60,606 nt of DNA from a virus (taxonomy: Duplodnaviria > Caudoviricetes), in IMG/VR virus record IMGVR_UViG_3300037258_000158, positions 1 through 60,606 of that record; one strand, 5' to 3'. A program made the translations under genes and the position numbers. The notes below the pieces were generated by a model. It saw nothing but the letters and a program-made list of their open reading frames with translations, searched no databases and was not told the DNA's origin. Below are positions 25,399 through 34,363 of the stretch, piece by piece. Each line of letters opens with the position of its first letter. The stretch's first letter is position 1.

Positions 25399-26262
25399 TT
25401 ATATGGGAACGGTTGCGTCGATAATCGTACCGTTTTCTTCCACGACGGGGTTCGACATCTTGACCTCGTTATTCTTGCAGGCCAGAGCGAACTCCTTGCA
25501 GAAGGCACGGAGTTTGGGGTCTTCATTCTGGCCCTCGACTTCGGGAGCCCACAGATACCACTGATTGTCGCCGTCGTCCTTGTAGACGGTCTTGAAGCGC
25601 CACAGATTCCAGTAGGCAGGCTGAACCAAGATCCTACCGTTCACTTGGATCTTGAAGCTGTCGATGATCGCCTGCAACTTTCGACTCGCACCGAGTTGCG
25701 TGGATGACATGGGCACGATGACCGGCGTCCATGTTTCGGCGACAACGCAGAAATAATGGTGAGTCATGACAAGCTGATCACCATCCGGCAAATCGAGAAT
25801 ATCACGCCTCGTCTTGCCGTTCTTGTCCACCCACTGTCTCGCACCCTTGAGAAGCGGTGTGTCACGTGGTTCGGACCCATGGAAGCCGCCGCCCAGATCG
25901 CGAGGCGTCCACTTGTTCCAGTTCGCGCGGAAGTAGCACGGCAGAAGCAGAACACCTTCGGCTTCGGCAGCGTACGATTCGCCCGTCAGGTTATTGAACA
26001 CATCGCCGAATTCGAGGCCCTGAATATACTTGTCCTGCTTCTTGTCGAGCTGAGGACTGCCCTTCTGCGCGATGTAGAATAGTGGTACGCCACGATCTTC
26101 GACGTTATCGGAAAGACCGGCACCTTCGACGCCCTGAAGTTCGGCTATCTCGGTGACATCATCGACGACACGAACTGATGGAAGTATTTTCCTGTCGTCA
26201 ACGACCGCTACTTCTTGCTTTGGCTCTTCCGGCTTCGCAGCCGGGGTTTTCTTACCAGCCAT
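25399..26262 (-). CDS. Putative ssDNA-binding / replication protein
   Basis: Location beside primase; MSSTQLGASRK and beta-rich core; acidic C-tail; TAATG overlap. Confidence 0.55.
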   Translation of the reverse strand: MAGKKTPAAKPEEPKQEVAVVDDRKILPSVRVVDDVTEIAELQGVEGAGLSDNVEDRGVPLFYIAQKGSPQLDKKQDKYIQGLEFGDVFNNLTGESYAAEAEGVLLLPCYFRANWNKWTPRDLGGGFHGSEPRDTPLLKGARQWVDKNGKTRRDILDLPDGDQLVMTHHYFCVVAETWTPVIVPMSSTQLGASRKLQAIIDSFKIQVNGRILVQPAYWNLWRFKTVYKDDGDNQWYLWAPEVEGQNEDPKLRAFCKEFALACKNNEVKMSNPVVEENGTIIDATVPI

Positions 26263-26843
26263 TACTTCTTTCTCCCTTTGACTTTCACGATACGCCCCAC
26301 TGTAGCACCGAGAGTGTCGAGGGGCAAAACGACACCCTTTTCGACCTGTTCCTTTACGAACGCGGTCAGTGTATTCCACGGGACACCCATCGCCATTTCC
26401 GGCTCGGGTATCGTATATTTCTTGGATGAGATTTTCTTAATCTGTGCGACCAGGAAATGGGCCGCTGCCAGAGCTCGACGAGGGAAGGTGATTGAAACAG
26501 TAGTCTTGATCAAATCACCGTGTCCGTGCTTCTCGAGCCATGCGAAAGCCTTTTCACGTCGTTCCGGTTCCCACTCCGCTGCGATATTGGCGTGATAGTA
26601 TGGTTCCAGAACAAGATCGACGTTGGAGCCGGGGAGGCCAATTTTGTCCTGGCCGATGCGCTCCATGAAGTCTGGAATTTCTTTGAACGCCATCTCGTTT
26701 CGGCGCTTACTCGTTTCCTCCAATTCTTTTTTCAACCTGTCAATCTTGGTGTCCAGGTCGGTGAGCTCCTGTCCCAGTCTCGCCAGCTTCTTGCTTTCTG
26801 CTGCTGACGGTGCGTCCGTAAAGCCGACGACTTCATCGTCCAT
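26262..26843 (-). CDS. Conserved phage replication-module protein (coiled coil plus AFAWL...GHGDLIK)
   Basis: CAGGGAG RBS before ATG 26843; first gene of the leftward replication operon. Confidence 0.75.
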   Translation of the reverse strand: MDDEVVGFTDAPSAAESKKLARLGQELTDLDTKIDRLKKELEETSKRRNEMAFKEIPDFMERIGQDKIGLPGSNVDLVLEPYYHANIAAEWEPERREKAFAWLEKHGHGDLIKTTVSITFPRRALAAAHFLVAQIKKISSKKYTIPEPEMAMGVPWNTLTAFVKEQVEKGVVLPLDTLGATVGRIVKVKGRKK

Positions 26844-26968
26844 GAAGTGCTCCCTGTTTTCGTGGGCAGGCATTGTGCCACCGACTAGGTCCGGGTGCAA
26901 AGCGGGGATATTGGTTGCGTCTTGTACGCGGGCGAGCGCGAGACCAAAATTTTGCAGCATCGCGCCTA

Positions 26969-26987
26969 CGCGCGCGAGAAACCAATA
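26969..26987. repeat. CGCGCGCGARAAACCAATA motif (18/19 identical to 137-155)
   Basis: Direct comparison; both copies are in non-coding regions. Confidence 0.75.
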
Positions 26988-27229
26988 CTTGAACAGCTAA
27001 CCCGTTGTGCGGGCGATATAATTTGCTTTCTGTCCGTACATTGGTTTGGCCTCCCGTACATTGCTTTTGACCGTCTGAAGGCTTAAAGCTCATAAAAACC
27101 GACGGATGCCGAACGAGCTTTAACTTCAAAAGTAATATCCCGGTTTATATGTATATAGAAGTATGGGCTGCGAAATTATCGTCACGCCGAGCTCAGTGGT
27201 ACTATACTCCCCGGTCAAGGGAGTGGTTC

Positions 27230-28675
27230 ATGTATCAGGAAAAAACGAAGTCATTTCAGCATCAGGTAGCTGCCAGAGGCAAGTCCCGTCGTAAGCGGGG
27301 TTTCGCCTTTTTCATGGAGATGGGCACTGGCAAGACCAAGGTCGATATTGATGAATCATGTGAACTATACGTTGATAAAGAAATTGACATATGGATCATC
27401 ATAGCTCCGAAAGGTGTCTATTCAAACTGGCCTGACGTCGAGTTTCCCGTACACATGCCTGACCCTATTAGGGACGCTGCGGTGATCGGTAAATGGGGGG
27501 CGGGTGCCAATGCGGCCCGCCAGCTTGAGAGGCTCTTGAAACCGTCTGAGAGCTTCAGGATACTCATAATAAACGTGGAGGCCTTTAGCGCCGGTGGCCG
27601 AGCAACCGCCTACTGCGAGCAGTTAATCAAAACTGCTCGTCGTGGCGTCAAAATCACTGTCGATGAAAGTCCAACGATCAAGAACGTTGGATCACGGCGT
27701 ACCCGTGAGATCGTGTGCCTTGGCAAGATGGCGAAGTATAAACGAATCCTAACCGGGAGCCCTGTACTCAATTCCCCGCTTGACCTGTACGCTCAGTTTG
27801 CGTTTTTGGATGAGAAATTATTGGGTTTCTCATCCTATTATTCTTTCCGCGCGCGCTATGCGATATTGCGGAAGATAGACTTCGGTGGGCGAAAGGTACA
27901 GGTCGTGGTAGGATTTCGTGAGACCGAGGATCTATCGAAAAAGATCACTCCGCATTCTTATCGGGTACTAAAATCACAGTGCCTTGATCTACCGCCCAAG
28001 ATTTATGTTCAACGGGAAGTGGGGCTAACCGATCAGCAGGCCCGAATGTATAAGGAACTGCTGAACAACGCTACGACCAAGATCGATGAACTTGGGCCGC
28101 ATGTCACGGCAACTGAAGTGATTGTACAGATCACCCGCCTGCATCAATTGGTCTGCGGTCATATCGTCGATGAAGAAGATAATGTCCATGCGATAGACAA
28201 TAATCGGCTGAGTACCTTGATGGAGGTCTTGAGTGAAACGAGCGAGAAGGCGGTCATCTGGTCACGGTACAGATTTGATCTTGCTAAGATCGTTGAAGCC
28301 ATATCAAAGGAATATGGTGAGACATCTATTGTCCAATACCACGGAGGCGTTAGTGATGACGATCGCAAGACCGCGATCAACCGATTTCAAGCGGATCCAA
28401 CCTGCCGGTTCTTTGTTGGAAATGCTGCGACGGCCGGGAGGGGGCTGACGCTCACAGCCGCTGGCGTGGTGATCTACTATTCCAACGATTTCAGCTTGGA
28501 TAACCGAATCCAGTCAGAAGACCGGGTTCATCGCCAAGGCCTCACCAAGTCCGTAACGTATGTGGACTTGGTGACGCCTAAGACGATTGACATGAAGGTA
28601 TTGAAGGCATTGAGGAATAAGATCAACATCAGCTCCGCCATCATGGGTGATGGAGCTAAGGCTTGGTTGATCTAA
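27230..28675 (+). CDS. SNF2-family (SF2) helicase
   Basis: FQHQ, MEMGTGKT, VDES, LTGSP, GRGLTL, QSEDRVHRQG. Confidence 0.93.
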   Translation: MYQEKTKSFQHQVAARGKSRRKRGFAFFMEMGTGKTKVDIDESCELYVDKEIDIWIIIAPKGVYSNWPDVEFPVHMPDPIRDAAVIGKWGAGANAARQLERLLKPSESFRILIINVEAFSAGGRATAYCEQLIKTARRGVKITVDESPTIKNVGSRRTREIVCLGKMAKYKRILTGSPVLNSPLDLYAQFAFLDEKLLGFSSYYSFRARYAILRKIDFGGRKVQVVVGFRETEDLSKKITPHSYRVLKSQCLDLPPKIYVQREVGLTDQQARMYKELLNNATTKIDELGPHVTATEVIVQITRLHQLVCGHIVDEEDNVHAIDNNRLSTLMEVLSETSEKAVIWSRYRFDLAKIVEAISKEYGETSIVQYHGGVSDDDRKTAINRFQADPTCRFFVGNAATAGRGLTLTAAGVVIYYSNDFSLDNRIQSEDRVHRQGLTKSVTYVDLVTPKTIDMKVLKALRNKINISSAIMGDGAKAWLI

Positions 28676-29037
28676 CGAATGAGGGCCGGTGTTCTGGCCT
28701 GTGCCAGAGACAGAGCACGGTGGTCGGTCTGCATACGTTCCTGGAAGTCCTTCGCCCCGTAAGCCTTGTGAAGTTCGAGTTCTTGTGCGGCCTTGTGCTC
28801 GCCGGCGATATCAACGAGCCGCAGGCTACGGAGTTCGCTACCGAACCCTGCGAATGTGGCCCCGAAATCATCTTCGACTTTGAAGGGTACGACGACACCT
28901 TCGCAGTGATATTTGCGCGAGGCTTCGAAGAGAGTGGTCAGGCAAGACTTGGCAGATGCTTCGCCTTTGAACTGAAGATTGTGATTCACGTTGGAGCAAC
29001 AGGCGACGAGAGTATGGATTGTAGGTCTGTTGGACAA
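28672..29037 (-). CDS. Hypothetical protein at end of late operon
   Basis: GGGAGA RBS then TTG at 29037 right after the lipase stop. Confidence 0.6.
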   Translation of the reverse strand: MSNRPTIHTLVACCSNVNHNLQFKGEASAKSCLTTLFEASRKYHCEGVVVPFKVEDDFGATFAGFGSELRSLRLVDIAGEHKAAQELELHKAYGAKDFQERMQTDHRALSLAQARTPALIR

Positions 29038-29048
29038 GATAGTCTCCC

Positions 29049-29693
29049 TTAGGTCTTTGGAGGATACAACGCCTCCATGGCGGTTGCGTAGAGGTTGAAG
29101 TGGTGGTCGGCAAGCGGACCCCATGCGTCCATAAGCGATGGAGCCACGTTCACCGTATAGAAGGTCGTTGCATCGACATACTTGAAGTCGCCGATGTTGA
29201 CCGGCACATCCGTCACAGGATCTTTCCTGTTCTTGTAGGATGTGATATTGAACTTAGGTCGGTTTAAGATATCCCGGAGTTGCTGGAAGCCGGGACGTGG
29301 ACAGCCCCACAGAGTGACTTTCTGTGGAGCACGGCCTGCGAGAATAAGTTTCGCGGCATGGATCGCAGCGTGACCTGCGCCGAGTGAATGACCGATGACA
29401 TAAACTCTCGACGATGCGACAGCGGCAGTCACGGAATCCATGATGCTGTTCACGCCGCCAAGGAATCCTGAATGAACCATACCTAGATCATGGTCCATTA
29501 CAGGGACGGCCTGGAAGTCTTCAAGCCAATCGAACAGGGTGGTTGAACCCCGCCAGCACACGACGATCTCGTCGCCGATTTGCTTGATACCCACATATCC
29601 ACCATCATGTGGGAAAAGTCGGTCCCAATAGTCGGTGGGCTGGTCCAGGTAGAGGGTCCAGCATACCTTCGACAATTCACGATCGTTAAGCAT
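29049..29693 (-). CDS. Class 3 lipase (alpha/beta hydrolase)
   Basis: WRGST, VHSGF, GHSLG nucleophile elbow, WGCPRPG, NRKDPV, DHH. Confidence 0.9.
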   Translation of the reverse strand: MLNDRELSKVCWTLYLDQPTDYWDRLFPHDGGYVGIKQIGDEIVVCWRGSTTLFDWLEDFQAVPVMDHDLGMVHSGFLGGVNSIMDSVTAAVASSRVYVIGHSLGAGHAAIHAAKLILAGRAPQKVTLWGCPRPGFQQLRDILNRPKFNITSYKNRKDPVTDVPVNIGDFKYVDATTFYTVNVAPSLMDAWGPLADHHFNLYATAMEALYPPKT

Positions 29694-29709
29694 ACTGGAC
29701 CCTTCCCCG

Positions 29710-30114
29710 TTAACCGATCTTGATGCCGATACCGGCGAGCAGGGCGATGATCTTGGACTGGTGCTTCATCCATGCGGGTCCGCAGTCCAGAAAGAACTGA
29801 TCGGGGATTCCGCCGGATACACCATTGATCACCACGACAGCTTCGGCGAAGTCGCCGCCCGGAGTGTTGATCTGGACGGACGCGCCCTTCACACCCGAAA
29901 GACTGTCGAGCCATGTCTGAATGCCGCTGGAACACTGAGCATCGATCTTATCGCCAGCCGCCGTGAACACGGCGGTCGCCTGTGAAAGGTTGGCGTCGAA
30001 ATTGGCGATGACACTCTGATCACCACCAGACAGCGAGAGACCGCCGCCCATCGTGCCGCACCCGGAAAGGAACGACATTGCAGCGACAGTCGCTGCGAGT
30101 AGGATACGCTTCAT
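29710..30114 (-). CDS. Lipoprotein in lysis cassette (spanin candidate)
   Basis: MKR + hydrophobic stretch + lipobox LSGC; hydrophobic C-terminus IIALLAGIGI. Confidence 0.7.
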   Translation of the reverse strand: MKRILLAATVAAMSFLSGCGTMGGGLSLSGGDQSVIANFDANLSQATAVFTAAGDKIDAQCSSGIQTWLDSLSGVKGASVQINTPGGDFAEAVVVINGVSGGIPDQFFLDCGPAWMKHQSKIIALLAGIGIKIG

Positions 30115-30127
30115 AATTCTCTCCTTG

Positions 30128-30346
30128 TTAGCTCAGCTTCTTTGTCAGCCAAGCGATGAACATCATGCTAACACTGACTACCCCGATACTGCAACCCGTG
30201 ATGAATTGCACTACTGGAGATGGTGGCACGATCTGATGAAGGGACATCACCCAGACCACTGTCTGGGATAGTCCCTCACCTAACGTGGCGGCAGACAGCA
30301 CATGAGACAGAGGTGCTTGACCTGACGCGATATCCATAATCGACAT
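30128..30346 (-). CDS. Putative holin
   Basis: 72 aa, two hydrophobic segments, basic C-terminus, within lysis cassette. Confidence 0.5.
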   Translation of the reverse strand: MSIMDIASGQAPLSHVLSAATLGEGLSQTVVWVMSLHQIVPPSPVVQFITGCSIGVVSVSMMFIAWLTKKLS

Positions 30347-30356
30347 AGTAATCTCC

Positions 30357-30824
30357 CTATTTGGCTGTCCAGTGAACGATCAGCCCTCCTACTGCCCCGC
30401 TTCCAATGACCGCGAGTGTGATTTTCCAGACAGCGGAGAATGTGCCGCCGAGTAAGTTTCGCCAGAACATGACTTCGCTTTCGATCTGCGGAAAACCAGC
30501 GACCAGCTTTTCCAGAGCATCAAGGCGATCCCCGCATTTTTCAACAGCGATATTGGCGACCACGCTCGTCGTAGATTTCAATGCAGATTCGATGTTGGTC
30601 AACGAACCACGAAGAGCATCGATCTTTTCCTTTTGCTCGTCGATCTTATCCGACAACCGTTTGGATAGTTCATCGGATTTACCGTTCTGGTCATCGAGTC
30701 GCTTCAATACTTCCGCGCGGTATTCTTCCGCATTTTTGAGCGATTGCGATATTGCGCCCAACTCTCGTTGAACCTGCATCATTTGATCGGCTGACATACC
30801 CGTTGATCCCCGTCTCGGTGCCAT
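30357..30824 (-). CDS. Coiled-coil protein with C-terminal TM (holin/antiholin-like lysis accessory)
   Basis: Long heptad region then AVWKITLAVIGSGAVGGLIVHW; directly after endolysin. Confidence 0.55.
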   Translation of the reverse strand: MAPRRGSTGMSADQMMQVQRELGAISQSLKNAEEYRAEVLKRLDDQNGKSDELSKRLSDKIDEQKEKIDALRGSLTNIESALKSTTSVVANIAVEKCGDRLDALEKLVAGFPQIESEVMFWRNLLGGTFSAVWKITLAVIGSGAVGGLIVHWTAK

Positions 30825-31261
30825 TATGAAGACCCCTCACAGAACAGAGCGGCTTCCTCGAGCCTTCGCTTCAGAAGGCCGAGCATTTCTTTACCGCCCG
30901 CATGATCATAGTTAATGAACGCTTTCGCGGCACTAAGATAGTTTCGGCTAGTGATGAACTTCAGTATGTCTGACCGATATAATGCTCCAGCTCCCGTGTT
31001 ATACTCGAACGAGATTAGAGCGGCAGTCTGCATTTCGCTGAGGCGATAACGCGCCGTCAGTTTCATGACAGATGTTTCGAATTCATTGAACCGCACAAGA
31101 AGTCGAGCATCGGCTTCTTCTTGGGTCCATTCGGTATCGCGCGTAACGTCGGGGCCAGTGTCACCCCATCCACAGGTCCACCGTTCGCCCTCAGCATCCC
31201 AATATGCCTTGAGACGACATTGCTCATTCTTCTTAATGAGGGCGAGCGCGATAGCGTTCAT
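30824..31261 (-). CDS. Endolysin, GH24 phage lysozyme
   Basis: EQCRLKAYWD...WTCGWGDT (E..D..T), ALISFEYNTG, GLLKRR..E. Confidence 0.92.
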   Translation of the reverse strand: MNAIALALIKKNEQCRLKAYWDAEGERWTCGWGDTGPDVTRDTEWTQEEADARLLVRFNEFETSVMKLTARYRLSEMQTAALISFEYNTGAGALYRSDILKFITSRNYLSAAKAFINYDHAGGKEMLGLLKRRLEEAALFCEGSS

Positions 31262-31785
31262 TCGTACACATCTCCATAAGCGTAGATGTCGGCGGTGGCC
31301 GCTGCTCCTTGAGGCGTGGTCAACGAGAAATAGACCGGGGTGCCGGTCGGTAGCACAACACTCGGGGCATTGAGTGTAGGCTCTTCAGCGATGTACTGAG
31401 ATGACAGCGTCGTATAGGTTTGACCGGAACCTACGAGAGTAGTCCCAGTCTTTCCTGCGCCGGTATAGAATCCTCCCGCCGCCGTCGTCAGGCTAATCGA
31501 CGCATTCCAGACCACGAATCGCTTGATGCGATAGATGCCATTGATCAGCATACTCATTCGCTGATCAGTAGTCACGTTGAAGTTGGCTTGGAGCAGTACA
31601 CCGAGAAGATCAGTTGGCGGCGGAGTGAGTTGCGCGCAACCGGCAGAGATCAGGCTGGCGATGTCAGCCTGTGACTGTAGGTTCGTAATGATACCGTTGA
31701 TATCAGCCGTATAGATGTTGCCACTCGGCAAGACATATGTCTTGTACGGAGTAGGCGACAAGACTAAAGTTTGTGCGAGCGACAT
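31258..31785 (-). CDS. Virion-associated beta-rich protein
   Basis: Thr/Ala/Gly-rich; follows receptor-binding protein; AAGGAGG RBS. Confidence 0.65.
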   Translation of the reverse strand: MSLAQTLVLSPTPYKTYVLPSGNIYTADINGIITNLQSQADIASLISAGCAQLTPPPTDLLGVLLQANFNVTTDQRMSMLINGIYRIKRFVVWNASISLTTAAGGFYTGAGKTGTTLVGSGQTYTTLSSQYIAEEPTLNAPSVVLPTGTPVYFSLTTPQGAAATADIYAYGDVYE

Positions 31786-31794
31786 GTTGCCTCC

Positions 31795-33186
31795 TTAGGG
31801 CGAAGTTGCTTTCATCCATGGAACGGTGAGATAAGTGTGTTCGCCGAATATGTAGGTGTTATCGTTGCCATCAATCTGACCAACGAATCCAAGTTCAGTT
31901 TCGGTGAGAAAAGCCGTGTGCGATTCAGAATAGATGGGCGTCCAATTTGTTCCATCACGAGACAGACTATATATTCGATTCGTACCATTGTTCTGGATTT
32001 GAAAGTATTCAAATTCGTCGGCAGCCACATCGACTGGACTTGTATTTAGTGTAGTCGTATTCGTAAACTGCCCAAGCTGAATATGCGGGGCACCATTCGT
32101 GTGGCTTACCATCGCCAGCATGATATACTTGGTTCCATCAGAAACACAGATCCCTGTGCCTCGATAACTGTAAGGAGTACGATTGCCCCTTATTCTAGCT
32201 GAGAATGTGTAAGTCGATCCAGGGACCGCTTGAACAACTCCTCGAATGAGATTGCCTGTCAAATTATTTGGTCCCATATCAATGACAAGACCAAGATTGG
32301 ACACACTGTTCAAGGTAGGATTCGTCGAGTCTCCGGAAAACGTAGTCCAACCACCAGAACTCGGCGGCCCGTAAGGGTCAATACAGACATTGGCGTTTTG
32401 AAATAGAGGAAGGTTGCTATCCCAATGAATAGCATTCATCGTAACCGTTTGCGAAAAACCATTGACGCCGATACCAACCAAAGTCGGACCAGCGGAAAAG
32501 AATGCCGTTCTCGATGCAGAATAAACCACATAAGAAGAAACACCATCGTAACTGACAAGAAAATTCAGATTAGTTCCATCATCCTGTACACCGACATAAG
32601 GGGGCCAAAAAACACCCTGTCCGGCACTTGGACCATAGACCGATGACCCATATGTGGTGGGATTTGTATATTCTTCAATATTGAAACAGTAGGCGTTATT
32701 CGTATTCAAGTCCCAATGTATGATCTTACCAGACCCATCTGCTACCGCGATACCGAATTCATAGTAGTTACTCCAATTCGGTAGAGCAGATAACCGCAGC
32801 CATCGTGTCCATGGCGTTGCTGGAGCGGCCTCTGTTAGAAGAGCCATATTTCGACCTCCGCCAGCCGACGGAGTAAATACCTGAAGTCCCCTGCCGTTCG
32901 GAAGATTTGTCTGGGTTGCGCCGGAGGGTTGATTGGTCCAAGAGAACGTAGCCGTGCTAGGCGGGACATAGACTACACCGCCGCCTCCGCCGCCTCCGCC
33001 GCCTCCACTGACTTCGGTCCATGTGGATGTGCCGACATCATAGCACCAGAGGGTACTCGTGTCCGTTTCAAACCACAGATACGACGAAGCTGGTCCACTA
33101 GCCGGAGTAGGTGGGCTCGGCGTGAACGCGAGTCTCTGCGAATTCGTGCCTTGAGAAAGGAATCTATTCAGAGTTGAATCAGTCAT
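31795..33186 (-). CDS. Receptor-binding/tail fibre protein with two tandem lectin-like domains
   Basis: N-terminal LWFETDT anchor, poly-Gly linker, duplicated G..V.DG.K...DGTN..S.DG...YS.S.TAF units. Confidence 0.75.
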   Translation of the reverse strand: MTDSTLNRFLSQGTNSQRLAFTPSPPTPASGPASSYLWFETDTSTLWCYDVGTSTWTEVSGGGGGGGGGGVVYVPPSTATFSWTNQPSGATQTNLPNGRGLQVFTPSAGGGRNMALLTEAAPATPWTRWLRLSALPNWSNYYEFGIAVADGSGKIIHWDLNTNNAYCFNIEEYTNPTTYGSSVYGPSAGQGVFWPPYVGVQDDGTNLNFLVSYDGVSSYVVYSASRTAFFSAGPTLVGIGVNGFSQTVTMNAIHWDSNLPLFQNANVCIDPYGPPSSGGWTTFSGDSTNPTLNSVSNLGLVIDMGPNNLTGNLIRGVVQAVPGSTYTFSARIRGNRTPYSYRGTGICVSDGTKYIMLAMVSHTNGAPHIQLGQFTNTTTLNTSPVDVAADEFEYFQIQNNGTNRIYSLSRDGTNWTPIYSESHTAFLTETELGFVGQIDGNDNTYIFGEHTYLTVPWMKATSP

Positions 33187-33193
33187 CGTAACC

Positions 33194-34363
33194 TCACGGT
33201 GTGAAAGCGACTGCGATCAACACGCCTGCGCCATCTGTTATGAAAACTGGCGGTTCAGCTCCATCTACAAGTGGAAGCCAGCTTCCACCTCCGCCACCTC
33301 CGCCGGTAATACTTACATCAGCAACGCCACTCCCGCCAGCAGAAACAGTCGCACCTGAAGTAAAGTTGATCTCAGTTGCTCCAGTAACCGTCGTAGTTCC
33401 GTCTGTAACTTCGATACCTACGCCACCAGAACCAGATGTCCCATTAACTCCCGATGTATGAGATGATGTTCCAGCGGCATTCGTAGCGGTCAGAAAGAAC
33501 GTGTAACTGGTAGATCCCGGTAATCCAGTGAACCCGAATACACTGGACAGACCAGAGAAGATTTGAACCGCGCTACTGAACGGCTGTGATAGACCCGGTG
33601 CCGCATAGAGTGTGTACAATTGAACATTATCCTGACGAGCGTTCATACTCCAGGATACATCTATCTGCCCAGAACCCGCGGTCGCAGTCAACCCCGTCGG
33701 CGTCAAAGGAACCCCGAGCGCCCCTAATCCATACCCCCGGCCAGTCGGCGTGTATTGATATGCGGTCAGAGTCGAAAGATCTTGGTTTCCCAGATTGAAG
33801 AGATTAAAGCTGGCGAATTTAAGAAGAAGGGTTTGACCGATGTACTGAACGGGGAGGGGGATACTCAGGACTGACCCGCTCTGTTTGCTGATATCGATGA
33901 GCGTGAACTGTTCGCCGATGGCGTGTGAAGCATGACCGTTACCGTAGATCCCTCGGTAGAGATAGGTCAAGTTCGCAGTGTAGGTGCCGGTCGTGGCGAC
34001 GTTGCCGTAGGAGATTAGCTCGGGTTGCTGAATGACGTTCGCTATCGGTGCCGGTTGAATTACTGACAGAGTTCGAAAAGAGGTAGCATCGACATGAGTT
34101 ACAGGCTGTAAGATTTGACCGCTCTCTGTTAAATCTACGGAGAGTGTATCGGTCGTGTCAGGATTCGACCCGCTGTAGTCTGGCAGATTTGCCGTCAACA
34201 GACCCTGTTTCGCGTTGGCCGTGATGCGCCCTATACGAGAGTAGGATGATCCGCCATTAACGCTGATATAGATATCTGCTCCGCCCCACTCATCGCCGCC
34301 GGACAGAGCGCACCAGATCGAGCCGTATTCTAGATCTGAATCAGGTTCAAAGACGCAAGGCAT
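33194..34363 (-). CDS. Central tail-tip protein, C-terminal part (includes Fn3-like domain)
   Basis: VFEP..SGG..WGG..S..GG.SY, ELISY, RG.YG, KFASFN; TPTGLTATAG Fn3. Confidence 0.75.
   Translation of the reverse strand: MPCVFEPDSDLEYGSIWCALSGGDEWGGADIYISVNGGSSYSRIGRITANAKQGLLTANLPDYSGSNPDTTDTLSVDLTESGQILQPVTHVDATSFRTLSVIQPAPIANVIQQPELISYGNVATTGTYTANLTYLYRGIYGNGHASHAIGEQFTLIDISKQSGSVLSIPLPVQYIGQTLLLKFASFNLFNLGNQDLSTLTAYQYTPTGRGYGLGALGVPLTPTGLTATAGSGQIDVSWSMNARQDNVQLYTLYAAPGLSQPFSSAVQIFSGLSSVFGFTGLPGSTSYTFFLTATNAAGTSSHTSGVNGTSGSGGVGIEVTDGTTTVTGATEINFTSGATVSAGGSGVADVSITGGGGGGGSWLPLVDGAEPPVFITDGAGVLIAVAFTP

Noticed and set aside
28663-29052. 129-aa plus-strand ORF after the helicase
   Set aside because: Fully overlaps the minus-strand ORF 28672-29037, which has a clear RBS and continues the late operon; not fully excluded.
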